64,000 nucleotides of DNA, taken from the NCBI RefSeq assembly GCF_011745625.1, contig NW_027191492.1, positions 62,001-126,000 on the forward strand, in the 5' to 3' direction. The notes beneath the pieces are model-generated. The model made no database searches. It worked only from the letters and a program-made list of their open reading frames with translations, and was not told the origin of the DNA. Source of the DNA: Cladosporium halotolerans (lineage: Eukaryota). The position numbers and the translations under genes were made by a program. Positions within the stretch are counted from its first letter, which is position 1. Every line of letters begins with the position of its first letter. Below are positions 35,909 through 46,138 of this stretch, in pieces.

Positions 35909-37597
35909 TCACTTGTTCAGCCTAGGCGCCCTCTCCGGATCGCGCCAAAACAAGCAAGCTTCCCGCCGAATGCTGTCACTCTCCATCTCCGTCCCATTCC
36001 TACCAGCTTCAGCAGGCTGAACAACAAGCTGCCTTCCCGGCTTCGTCTCGATCCCATAACCCTCGGGCTCATAAGGCAACCACTCGGGGCTCCCCGCAAG
36101 GCGATAAGTATTCGGATTACCCGTGAGGACGAAACTCGCGAGATATCTGTGATACTCTTTGCCAACAGAAGGATATTGCGTGCTTGGGTCGTTCCAGGTG
36201 TACTTTGTGTCAGACGTGTGCGGGATCCCTTGCCAGGAGGGAAAGCTGTTGTTTGTGTTAAAGCGGAGTTTCCATGTCGGAACGCCGGCACTAGAGGCGC
36301 GGTAGGCGGTTTCTTGACCTGGACAAATGTACGCGAAGTCGCTGAGAGCCGCCTCAACACGGTTGTATTGGGTGCTGTTGGGGGAATTGGCATAGGGTGA
36401 GCTTGTGTTGAAGGCAGGGTCCGGGTAAAGGGACTCAATGAGCTGGAGATCGGTTGCGTTCAGGGCTGGGGAGGCGTTATGTAGGAACCCGATAAATTCT
36501 TGGTTTGTAGAGAATGCGCCTGTGCGGTAGTATTTCGCTTCGTCTGTCGCGGTTGACGAGATTGTTGGAACGTGGAAGAATGTGCCATCAATTCCGGACT
36601 GGGAACCAGGTTTCTCAAAGAGCGGGCCGCCTTGTACTGGTTGGAATGCCCAGGTGAAGTCAAGCTCGTACTTTCTGAAGATGGTGGTGGAGACGTTACG
36701 AATCCCATTTATGTCGACTGTACGAAGGCATCCCAGGGCGTCTGCATTGCTTCCTGTAGAATTGCATCCCAACGTATCCATGTAAGCCTTGTATTGAGAC
36801 TGATATAACGGCAACTCCGCAGGAGGAAAAGCACGAGAAGTCACCGACCCAGACTGATGGATAGCACGGGCAAAAAGAGGTTTTGCACCTTCGTCGTCAG
36901 CGTAGTTGTGGAAATAGTGAATTCCTACGGAGTGACCACCAGCTGACCGGCCACCGATGGTGACGGAAGCAGGATCGCCACCAAAAGACTCAATGTGCTT
37001 GTGCACAAACTCAAGGAACAGCCGTTGGTCCCGAATATTGATGTTAGAAAGACCTTCCTCTTGCAGCAATTGCGAAGGAAGCGATCCTAAAGAGTTGAGC
37101 CGGTAGTGGAAGTTGACGACTACGATCGGCGCCGGAGAAGATGCGGCGAACGCAGCTGCGTCAAAACTCTTGTAACTCCCAGCGTAGAAAGACCCTCCGT
37201 GAATCCAGACCAGCACTGGAAGCTTTTGATCAAGAGGGACACCAGGCGTCCTAAAGACGTTGAAGTTCAAGCAAGCTTCGTCTTGTATTTCTATGGGCAG
37301 TGCCGAGGTTGCTTCTTGGATGCACACCTTGCCATATGAAGTAGCAGGCTTTATCTCCTCGAAAGGGACAGGCCAATCGCTGGGAGTAAATCGTAGATTG
37401 CCCAATGGTTGTATCGCATAATCCATGCCGAGCCAGGCATCGACCGCCTGGGGCAACGGTTGGCCACCAAGCGTCTCATTGACCTGAGTTCCAGAAAATC
37501 GACCGTAGCCCTCAAGATTGACAACGGAGTAGCAATCCACGTTCGTTAGGGCAGCTAAGAGGGATAGAGAACTCCATCTTCCTAGTAACGGAGCCAT
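35909..37597 (-). CDS. Secreted type-B carboxylesterase/lipase
   Basis: Signal peptide from MAPLL; DEACLNFNV, VWIHGGSF, GGDPASVTIGGRSAGG, TDEA, GIPHTSD. Confidence 0.92.
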   Translation of the reverse strand: MAPLLGRWSSLSLLAALTNVDCYSVVNLEGYGRFSGTQVNETLGGQPLPQAVDAWLGMDYAIQPLGNLRFTPSDWPVPFEEIKPATSYGKVCIQEATSALPIEIQDEACLNFNVFRTPGVPLDQKLPVLVWIHGGSFYAGSYKSFDAAAFAASSPAPIVVVNFHYRLNSLGSLPSQLLQEEGLSNINIRDQRLFLEFVHKHIESFGGDPASVTIGGRSAGGHSVGIHYFHNYADDEGAKPLFARAIHQSGSVTSRAFPPAELPLYQSQYKAYMDTLGCNSTGSNADALGCLRTVDINGIRNVSTTIFRKYELDFTWAFQPVQGGPLFEKPGSQSGIDGTFFHVPTISSTATDEAKYYRTGAFSTNQEFIGFLHNASPALNATDLQLIESLYPDPAFNTSSPYANSPNSTQYNRVEAALSDFAYICPGQETAYRASSAGVPTWKLRFNTNNSFPSWQGIPHTSDTKYTWNDPSTQYPSVGKEYHRYLASFVLTGNPNTYRLAGSPEWLPYEPEGYGIETKPGRQLVVQPAEAGRNGTEMESDSIRREACLFWRDPERAPRLNK

Positions 37598-38573
37598 TGT
37601 GAAAAGACGAGGCAGTGGTTGTGAGATTAGATGGGCAGGGAGGCAGGAATTTATGTCTGTAATATACTTTGGCCAAAAGCATGCCTTGGCAAGCATCTCA
37701 ATCAGCCAAGAACTCATTTGCATGGGATGGGTAGCTTCACCCTCTATAGGTTACCAACCTACGTATCAGACCTCGCGAATGGAGCTGCGCCCTAGTTAAC
37801 ATGGTAGCGACACCGGAATGATGGCTCCACGTCGGGCAGCTTATCTCGGGCGATGGCGGCGAGCGAGTGGGGAGCGCTTGGCCGCCGGAGTAGACAACAA
37901 TCGAATAGTGGGCCCATGGTGTCTTTTCCGACTCAGGATAGACTGAGATGGTAAAGGGATCTTCAAAGGTGTTATTGTACTGGATGCATCTCGATTCTGT
38001 GGCTTAGTAGCTATATCCCACGCCTGCTCCTCGGTGTCGGCGACCTTGGAATTTGACGCGAATAGGCTGGTCTATCGCATTCGCGGACCGGCGCTCGCTC
38101 CAGATGAAAGATGTCTTCCGATATATTCATCATTGCTTCATGAAATGAGGGGATATTGCAACCGAACGCCCGAAAGTGATATTCGTGTAATCGACGTCCA
38201 AATCTTGGCCGTGATCGGCCCAGGGTACCAGCTGGCCTGCCCGCGCGCATTATCGTGATACGTGATCCAGTGCGATAGCCGCTCAGTGCGACATCCGACG
38301 TGAAGATCATCTCTTCATATAGGTGGAAGGGTGCAATGTAAGAACGGGACTGGACTGCATGTGTTCCTGTCGCGCTACTGCAGAGCTCCAGCACGAAATC
38401 CCCCACTCTTCGGCAATGCCGTCGGGACACCGAGATGGAGTCTCTTACTGCATAATCATCGCTAAATCCAGACAAGCCTCGGAACACCACCGTGACGAAG
38501 TCGCATGCCGTGATACGTGACACCGAACTTTATCGCCGTGCCCAATGTATATTTTGATGGGTTCCGCTCCACC

Positions 38574-40064
38574 ATGAATTCCGCTCCAGCGACATCTTCG
38601 AAGCCGTTGATGGCTTCGCCACAGCCCCCCAGCTACAAGGCCATTGCAGAAGATCGGACCGACAGCGTACCATCAAACGATCACTCAAACGACGATGGCG
38701 ATGCGCAAGACGAAGCGCTTGCACGGAGGCTGCGCATGAAAGTCGACCTTCGTCTCTGCACCATTGCCGGCGTGCTATGCTCGCTCAACCTCCTCGATTC
38801 TGGTGTCATCTCCTCGGCCTCAGTCACGTCCATGCTTACGGATCTCGACCTCACTGGAAATCGCTACAGCGTCAGCATCTTCATTTTCACGGTCGCGAGT
38901 ATTGCCTTCCAGCTGCCGAGTACAATCGCCGTACGCACTTTCGGCCCAAGGAGATGGTTCGCCTTCATCACCTTCAGCTTTGGGCTAATCACGATGTGTA
39001 CCGCTTTTGTGACTACCTGGAAGCAGATGATTGCTCTGAGAGTGCTTCTTGGTATGACAATGAGTGGTATTTACCCTGGCTTGACGTATCTGATCTCGAC
39101 CTGGTACCTGCGAAGCGAACAGCAAACGCGATTCGCGTACATGCAGACGGGCGAGGTCATCATTCTCGCCACTGGGAGCATCGTCAATTTCGGCTTGAAC
39201 AAGCTCGATGGTGATGGCGGCTTACGAGGCTGGCAGTACATGTTCCTCGTCCAGGGACTGATCGCTTGCATCTTCGGCATCCTCACGTACTTCTGGATGG
39301 TGGACTTCCCCGAACAAGCGCACAATAGCATCTGGTTCCTGACGCCCGAAGAACAGGCGCTCGCCGTCTCGCGCATCCAAGCCGACCGCAAAGACGTCGA
39401 AGCAGACCCCTTCACCTGGCCCAAAGTCCTCATCCACGCGCTCGACCCGAAAGTCTACGGTTTCGCCATTCTCTTCTTCCTTCTCAACCTCGTTTCGACC
39501 TCGCTTTCCTACTTCCTACCTATCATCCTGCAGAGCGGCATGGGTTTCAGCGCCGACAAGTCCATCATTCTTTCCGCCCCGCCCTACTACTACGCCACCA
39601 TTCCCGTTCTCCTCTCGTCCCTCGTCAGCGATAAGTTCCGCCTCCGCGGTCCCGTCATCGTCTTCAACTCCCTCTGCCTCATCGCAGGCTTCGGCATGCT
39701 CGGCTTCGCAGACAATGTCGCTGTCCGCTACGTCGGCACTTTCCTCGCCACGGGCGCGTACATCTCCAACTGGGCGGCGCTGTCCGCGTACTACACTAGC
39801 AATATTGCCGGTCAGTGGAAACGCGCTTTCACTGCCGCGACTGTGGCGGCTTTCAATGGGGCAGGTGGGATTGCCGGGAGCTTCATCGTCAGGCAGGAGG
39901 AGGCGCCGCGGTATGTCACTGCGGTCTGGGTGTCGATCGGGAGTCACGTGGGGATTGTGCTGTTTGTCGGACTATTTTCTGGGTGGTTTTGGTTTGCCAA
40001 TAGACGGCAAGAGAACGGGAAAAAGCTGTTGGAGGGCACGGAAGGGTTCAGGTATACGTTTTGA
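38574..40064 (+). CDS. MFS transporter, anion:cation symporter (allantoate/nicotinate permease-like), intronless
   Basis: KVDLR, FQLPST, STWYLRSEQQTR, LRGWQYMFLVQG, SDKFRLRG, GQWKRA, GFRYTF. Confidence 0.92.
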   Translation: MNSAPATSSKPLMASPQPPSYKAIAEDRTDSVPSNDHSNDDGDAQDEALARRLRMKVDLRLCTIAGVLCSLNLLDSGVISSASVTSMLTDLDLTGNRYSVSIFIFTVASIAFQLPSTIAVRTFGPRRWFAFITFSFGLITMCTAFVTTWKQMIALRVLLGMTMSGIYPGLTYLISTWYLRSEQQTRFAYMQTGEVIILATGSIVNFGLNKLDGDGGLRGWQYMFLVQGLIACIFGILTYFWMVDFPEQAHNSIWFLTPEEQALAVSRIQADRKDVEADPFTWPKVLIHALDPKVYGFAILFFLLNLVSTSLSYFLPIILQSGMGFSADKSIILSAPPYYYATIPVLLSSLVSDKFRLRGPVIVFNSLCLIAGFGMLGFADNVAVRYVGTFLATGAYISNWAALSAYYTSNIAGQWKRAFTAATVAAFNGAGGIAGSFIVRQEEAPRYVTAVWVSIGSHVGIVLFVGLFSGWFWFANRRQENGKKLLEGTEGFRYTF

Positions 40065-40234
40065 GAAGGTGAATGATGTTACGCTTAACGTGAATATGGT
40101 TACCCCGGGCTTTGACAGACCCAACAAACAAACGGTTGACCACGAGCAAAGGCTTTCTTGAGACATGACATTGTTGTCAAAACCCCGCCATTGTCACACA
40201 GAAAGTTAATGGTTCCATCGTATCGCAGGATTGT

Positions 40235-40936
40235 ATGCCGACTCCTCACAAGCTTAACGTCAGAATGGACTCCAATCAACATCCTCCAAGATCCTATAAT
40301 GGTGCCCACAAACCGCAAAATCGACACCCAGCGACCACAGATCGATCAAATTGCGACCTAATTCCCGAATCAGCAGAGCCGACCACCAAGCAATCAGATC
40401 CCGTTTTCACCCAAGAGCGCACAGAACCAACCACCCACTCCTCCCCCTCACCGAACCCAGCGCAACCAACCTCTAACCTCGACCGACCGACAACTGCAAC
40501 AACCCCCTGCACGCCGTCCGCCACGACAACGGCCCCACGTGCTCCTCCAGAATTGCAAAAACCCAACCTCATGGATCCCATAAATGGAACTCTCGACGGC
40601 GTTGAAGCACGTTCTCCCTCGCAAGCGCACCGCTTCGCCAATCGCCCTTCTTTTATCACGAAATATAACAATGCGCGACAGCCGTCGAAGGGGTTTGGGA
40701 GGAGACATGCGGGGTTGGGTACGGCGTGGGCGGAGATGGCTCTGGACATTGAGGGCTGGGAGGAGGGCAAAGATCGGGAGGAAGGGGAGGCAACGCATGG
40801 ACATAGAGAGGTAGCCAAGGGGTGGGAAGAAGAGAGGGAGTGCAGTTCGGAAGTTGAGGATCAGAGTGTGGAGGGAGAGGAAAGGTTCGTGGAGCCATCT
40901 GTTGAGTGTGAGGGCAAGGAGGATCAAGGAGGGTGA
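40235..40936 (+). CDS. Hypothetical low-complexity protein
   Basis: 233-aa ORF (P/T-rich then E-rich); has the C-rich 5' to G-rich 3' skew of other genes here; no domain recognised. Confidence 0.35.
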   Translation: MPTPHKLNVRMDSNQHPPRSYNGAHKPQNRHPATTDRSNCDLIPESAEPTTKQSDPVFTQERTEPTTHSSPSPNPAQPTSNLDRPTTATTPCTPSATTTAPRAPPELQKPNLMDPINGTLDGVEARSPSQAHRFANRPSFITKYNNARQPSKGFGRRHAGLGTAWAEMALDIEGWEEGKDREEGEATHGHREVAKGWEEERECSSEVEDQSVEGEERFVEPSVECEGKEDQGG

Positions 40937-41308
40937 TTCCCCGATCCAGTGAGAAACGTATCGAAGCATCAGGGCGAGCGGAGGTGGGCTCTTTTTCTTG
41001 ATTACTGCTATAGCGTGCTGGCACACGAATATCTGGTAAGGAGCAATACACAATTGGCTGCAAGAGCCAAAATGTACGGTGATTGATACCCACATCGGGA
41101 GAGCATTTGGCTTTCTTCTCTCCCCCAGGATTCATCAATTCACCTAATCGCCCCTCAGGAACAAAGTCCGGTCGATTCAACGAAAAGCTAGTTCCGCATG
41201 TTCCAGGAGCTTCCGCTCCGTTTCTCTCTCATCGCGTCATGATCCCCTCCGGAGCCATTTCCAAACCATCCGTCCATCATTGTCAGAATACTTTGATCGA
41301 GTCCTCGC

Positions 41309-44300
41309 CTAGAGAGTGAGAGCAGCCGGCACAGCACCAAACGAACTATCGCCCTGTCCGTCAGGTCTGTCCTCGGGTTTCCAAGTGCCGTTGAGCATGG
41401 GGCATAGTCTGTTGAGCAAAGAATGTTAGCGGAATGGTCTCGATTTCTTGCTGCGTTTGCGAATCGGAAAGAGGGTTTGGATTGGATTGCCACGCCAGTT
41501 GAGGTTACCTGATATTTGGCGTGCGCGGGTTGAGCCGCATGTGTCAAGCAATAAAGGGGGCGTGTTGTGTGTTGTAAGGGTGTGCAGATGCAGGTGTAGT
41601 TGTCGTCGTGTCGTGGAGCAATAAGAAAAGCACAGGCTGCTATCGATCAGATGTTGAGATCCGGTCAGAAACCCAGCTTACCCACAGCAAAAGCCCCAGT
41701 CGCAGTAGTCTCCTGATCGTCATCGAAATCGGAAGTATCAGACTGCTTCGTTGACTTTCTTTTTTTGCCACTAGGGACGGCTGCGGGCTTTGCTTTCTTC
41801 TCCTCTTCGACCTCTTCAGGCCCAAAGTCGGGAGCATCGCACTGGCAGGTGAATTTAGGGATTGATACTGACTTTCTGTTGGTTTTGATGTGGCCGACCT
41901 GGCCACAGTTGGCGCACTTCCGCGCTGTGCCGTCCTTGCTGCGTCCTTTGCCGGGCTTCGAAGAAGTAGGGGCAGCGGCAGGCGTCGAGCCGGCGGCTTC
42001 GGAGACACTGGGCGAACCTGGGCCCGGGGAGCCAGCGGGCGCGGAAGGACTACCAGCTGTGGAGGCGTTAGCGGCGTTGCGGGCCTTGAGGCGCTCGCGG
42101 TGCAGACGGCGTTCTTGGTTGCGCTCGAGGCGAGCGAGTTCTTCGCGGATCTTTTGCTGCGCGAGGGCGTCGAGCTCGCTGTCGCCAGTAGGGATGAGGG
42201 TATTGTGGCTGGGAGGCTGTTAGCAAGAGTTTCAGAAGACAAACAAAAGCGAATTGAACAGACTTCATGCGTGCGAGCGTGCGCTCCTTGGCTTTCTTGC
42301 GGTACAGCTTGATGACCTTCGGGTTGTCGATGCGGACAGGTGTCTCGACCCAGTTGCCGTAGGCATCGCGGTGCTTACGCTTAATGACCATCACCTCTTC
42401 GTTGCGATCCACACTGTGTTTACTGAACTGACTGGCGGAATCGTCGAAGGTGGCCGGAGTCCCAAAGCTCGTCCGCGGGGTGCCAGCGCGACCAATGGCG
42501 CTCTCTGGCTCGTCGTCCTCCATCTCGGTATCAGACCCTTCGATGTCATTGGAAAGACTGGCCTTCTGCCTATTCCAAGTCTCGGCGATGTCGCGGTCGT
42601 ATTTGAGCTGCTGCGTCGCCACATTGTACTTGTGGCCAGACTGCTGCTGCTTCTCTTTGGTTTGCATCTTCTCAGCTGCGCTCTCGCCTCTTGGGGTATA
42701 GCCGCCCTTCATGTTAGTCTTGAGCATGGAGAAAGCTTCGCCACGGCCAGTGGGGTCTCCTTCGCCGTGGACCTTCAGCATGGCCTTGCCTTGGCATGCC
42801 TGGATGAAATTCTTGGTTGTGCGCCAGGGCGCGAGCATCTTCTCGACGTTCTCCTCGTCCTCGGCCTCGTCGTCTTCCTTCGCATCTTTGCTGTCTTGGA
42901 TACCAAGGTCCGCAAGATGCTGAACGCCGACCTGCATTGTATCAAGCAAGCAGACGTCTTCGGGTTTGATCCAGCCGCGGATGGTCTCTGAGTCGGGCAC
43001 GACTTGGCCGGGTGGCGGAACCCAGTAGCCGTCGTCATCGGAGTTTTTGGCCTTCTTCTCGTATTTCATGAACTCACGCATCTTGCTGCGAGTCTGCGGG
43101 ATGTCCGAGCCGGGGATGTGCTTCATGAGCACCTTGTTTGTCAGGGCAATACCACGCCTGCTGGGATCAAGACTCTTTGCATAGATGCGGTAGCTGATAC
43201 CGCGGAGGCGTCTCTTCGCCGCATCGGTGACCTTTCTCGAGTGCTCACCGGGCACTTCAGAAATAGGGAATTGCTGACCCACGGCGTGGAGGTTCTCGAC
43301 GTTCCGCAGATACATGCGATTGCCGTTTTCGAAGGTATGGCTGATGGATAAGACAAAGTCGTTTGATTTGGGCTTGTGCTGGAACACCGGGGCACGGTAA
43401 AGACCGTTTTGGATTGTAGGCACCGTCTCGCCGCCATCAACATGGCCAAAGTTCGAGAAGGGACTCTTGTCCTGGTTGAGCAACACGTGAGTCTCTCCGA
43501 TGTCCCTCTTAGGACGTTCCTGGTCGTCTGCGTCGCGTTTGCGGTAGAAGTTAATCAGGCGATTGCCCATACCGAAGTTTGACAACATGGTCGGGACTTC
43601 CTCCGAGTACTCGAGCAGCAAGACATTTGCATTGTCGCCAAAGGACAAGTCCTCGGCTTTTGCGAAGAGGTCCTTCGCCTCGCGTCCACGGACGTGCTTC
43701 CGCTTCTGATGCTTCGGTTTCTGAATTCTGTAGGTGCGGCCTGGGTTCTCGTGCAGCACCAGGGGCTGACGGTGGAAGGCGCGCTTCTCTTTGCTGTCCA
43801 TAGCGACCTTGTAAAATGGGAATTGGAGCTTGAGAGCCGGGAGACTGTGCTCGGTAGCCATACTGCCAAGCGTGCTGCGGATTTTGTGCTGATGGTTTTC
43901 TTTCAGAAGATCGTAAGCAGCGTCGTTCGAAATGTCGTAACGCTTGGCAAGGTCACGGCCGAGAGCAGCGTCGCGCGTGTTGTCGCTGGGTACATGCCTG
44001 ACTGTACGCTTAGTCTGTGGTGCTTGCTCGTCGATGAGTAGGTACGGGTCGTTCATGTCGAGAGTGACGTTGCGGGCCACCGTGGCAGATGCATGTTCGG
44101 GCTCTTCAAAGCGGATGTAGGGGTCTTGCACGGCGAGTGATACGTCCATGTCCAGGATGTTCGTCCTACGTTTCTTCTGAGGGCGAAGGCGCTCGACGCC
44201 ATCGTAATCGTCTCCCATTGTTTCATCCTGATCGCCGGCCACGGATGCAGTAGCAATGCTCGGGATGTCCCAGTCTTCGCAGATCATGGCGAGATCCTGC

Positions 44301-45376
44301 ATGGTGACACCTCCAACAACTTCGTTCTCGTCCATCTCGCTCAAAGCCAGGTCATCGTCACTCTCATCCTTTGCTGTGGCTCCATGGCCGCAACTGACCA
44401 GCTTACGGCCAGTGTAGGAGTCTTGCGCCGACTTTCCAGCGACAGTCGCAGTCTTGAAGCTCCTCTCCTGGTCCGGCAGAAGCTCCAGAGAAAGTTTCGT
44501 AGGCTGCACCGGCTTCGGGGGCTTGACCGGGACTTTGCCTCGGTATGTGCCAGGGAGTGGGCGAAAGAGCTGCGTGAACTTGGGCACCTCGTCGCTTTCC
44601 CAGCTAGGGAACCACTTGCGGTGCTCGTCCTTGTCCTGGTCTGCGAATCCGCCCCATCCGACATTCTCACCAGCAGCATGCTGTCTGGAAATCTTGAAAA
44701 GCTCTCTCTGCATCAGCGTGATCTCGTCGACTTCTTCTTCCTCTTCTTCCTCGTCGTCATCTGCCATGTGGCTTGAGGCAGCCGGAGAAAGCGCATCGTC
44801 GCCTGTGAGCGAAGGCGGGCTCATCGAGGTCGGACTGGCGTGGAACTGCGAGCCTTGCCCAGGGCGAGGAAGCGCGAGGCCGCCGGCGGCTTTGCCAGGC
44901 AGAGCTAGAGCGCCTGATCGCGGCGGCTGGGGCTGCTGGTGTTCTGCTGCGAAATCAGGCTTGCGCTCTTCGACCGGCGAGCTGGAAAAGTGTTCTCCGA
45001 AGAGGTCGTTATCCTCTTCGCCCTCTCCAAACAATCCGGCGCCGTCGTCCTCGGCCTGGAACCCGTTCGCGCCGTCGTCCTCCATCAGCGCCCCATTCAG
45101 CTGCGCCGTGAGATCCGCGTCGCCGTCTTCGTCGCCAGCGGCTCCGTTTCCGTTTTCCGGGTGCGCGGTCGCCTCTTCCTCCTCCGGCAAGTCATCGTCG
45201 CTCATGTCTTCATAGTCGATCGCGTTGTCGCTCTTCTCGCCGGGATCCAGCTCGTAGTTCGAGGCGTCGCCCTCGCCAACTCCAGCGCCGGAGCCGCCCA
45301 TGTTGAGGAAGCGCGCGATCTCGTCATCCTCGTTGAAGTCCGCCATCGGCTGGTCGTCGTTGGTCGCGTGCGGCAT
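41309..45376 (-). CDS. TAF1: TFIID subunit TAF1; introns 42209-42263, 41409-41872
   Basis: NAIDYEDMSDDDL, ISNDAAYDLLKE, LEYSEE..SNFGM, LAPWRTTKNF, HGEGDPTGRGEAFS; zinc knuckle CANCGQVGHIKTNRK/LCP completed by exon 41309-41408. Confidence 0.95.
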
Positions 45377-46138
45377 GGTGGGCGGGTGTGTCGGGGGTTG
45401 TGCGCTCGGTTTGGTGTTGGAGCAACTGTGTTGCCTAGCCGGTGGAATTTCTGTCGCTCGCTGCGTGCTCGCTTTCACTGCGCGCGATTCCCCTCCCTCG
45501 CTCACTGCAGCAAGAGGCGCAGAGCTCCGGCGCTCATCCGCGGGGTGTCGCGCGCGTGCGGTGTTTGCTCCAGGAAGTCGGATGAAGCCTCGCGAAGGGT
45601 TCGGATGATGGCGAGAGCTTCGCCGTGTCAGGCGGTGGTCGTAGTCGCTCCGCGATGGTGTGCCGTATTAATAGTCGCGCTGGATTGCCGGGCGGTGTTC
45701 GTGTGGCATCGGCGTGCAGGCAGCTCAGTCGCGAAGCCGCAGTGACGACGGGACCCCGACGACGGAAGCGGGCCGAGCCAATGATTGTCGCCTTAGGCTG
45801 TAGCCTCAACTTCACTTCGTCCTTGCATCCAATGATCATGTGGGGTAACCGAGACAGGCATTCGACGGCACATGGCCTGCAAGACCTCCATCATTGGCTT
45901 GATAATGTATTAGCAATCATTTGGCATGACAAGTTGAGTTTACAAGCCGCACCAAATCACTGACCCGACATCCTCAATCTCTCGAGACATGGCGAAATAC
46001 ACAGCAGACGTAGCATCACGTGAATCCCTTCAATTACACAATATGTACACACCATCACTCGAGTGACCACCAATAGGTAATCATCCACAAATGCCGACAT
46101 ACAAATCTCCACGTTCTCCATCCGCCCCCACAATTCCT

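Noticed and set aside
40294..41180. Three overlapping minus-strand ORFs of 174-215 aa
   Set aside because: Low-complexity mirror images of the plus-strand ORF 40235-40936; no domain evidence
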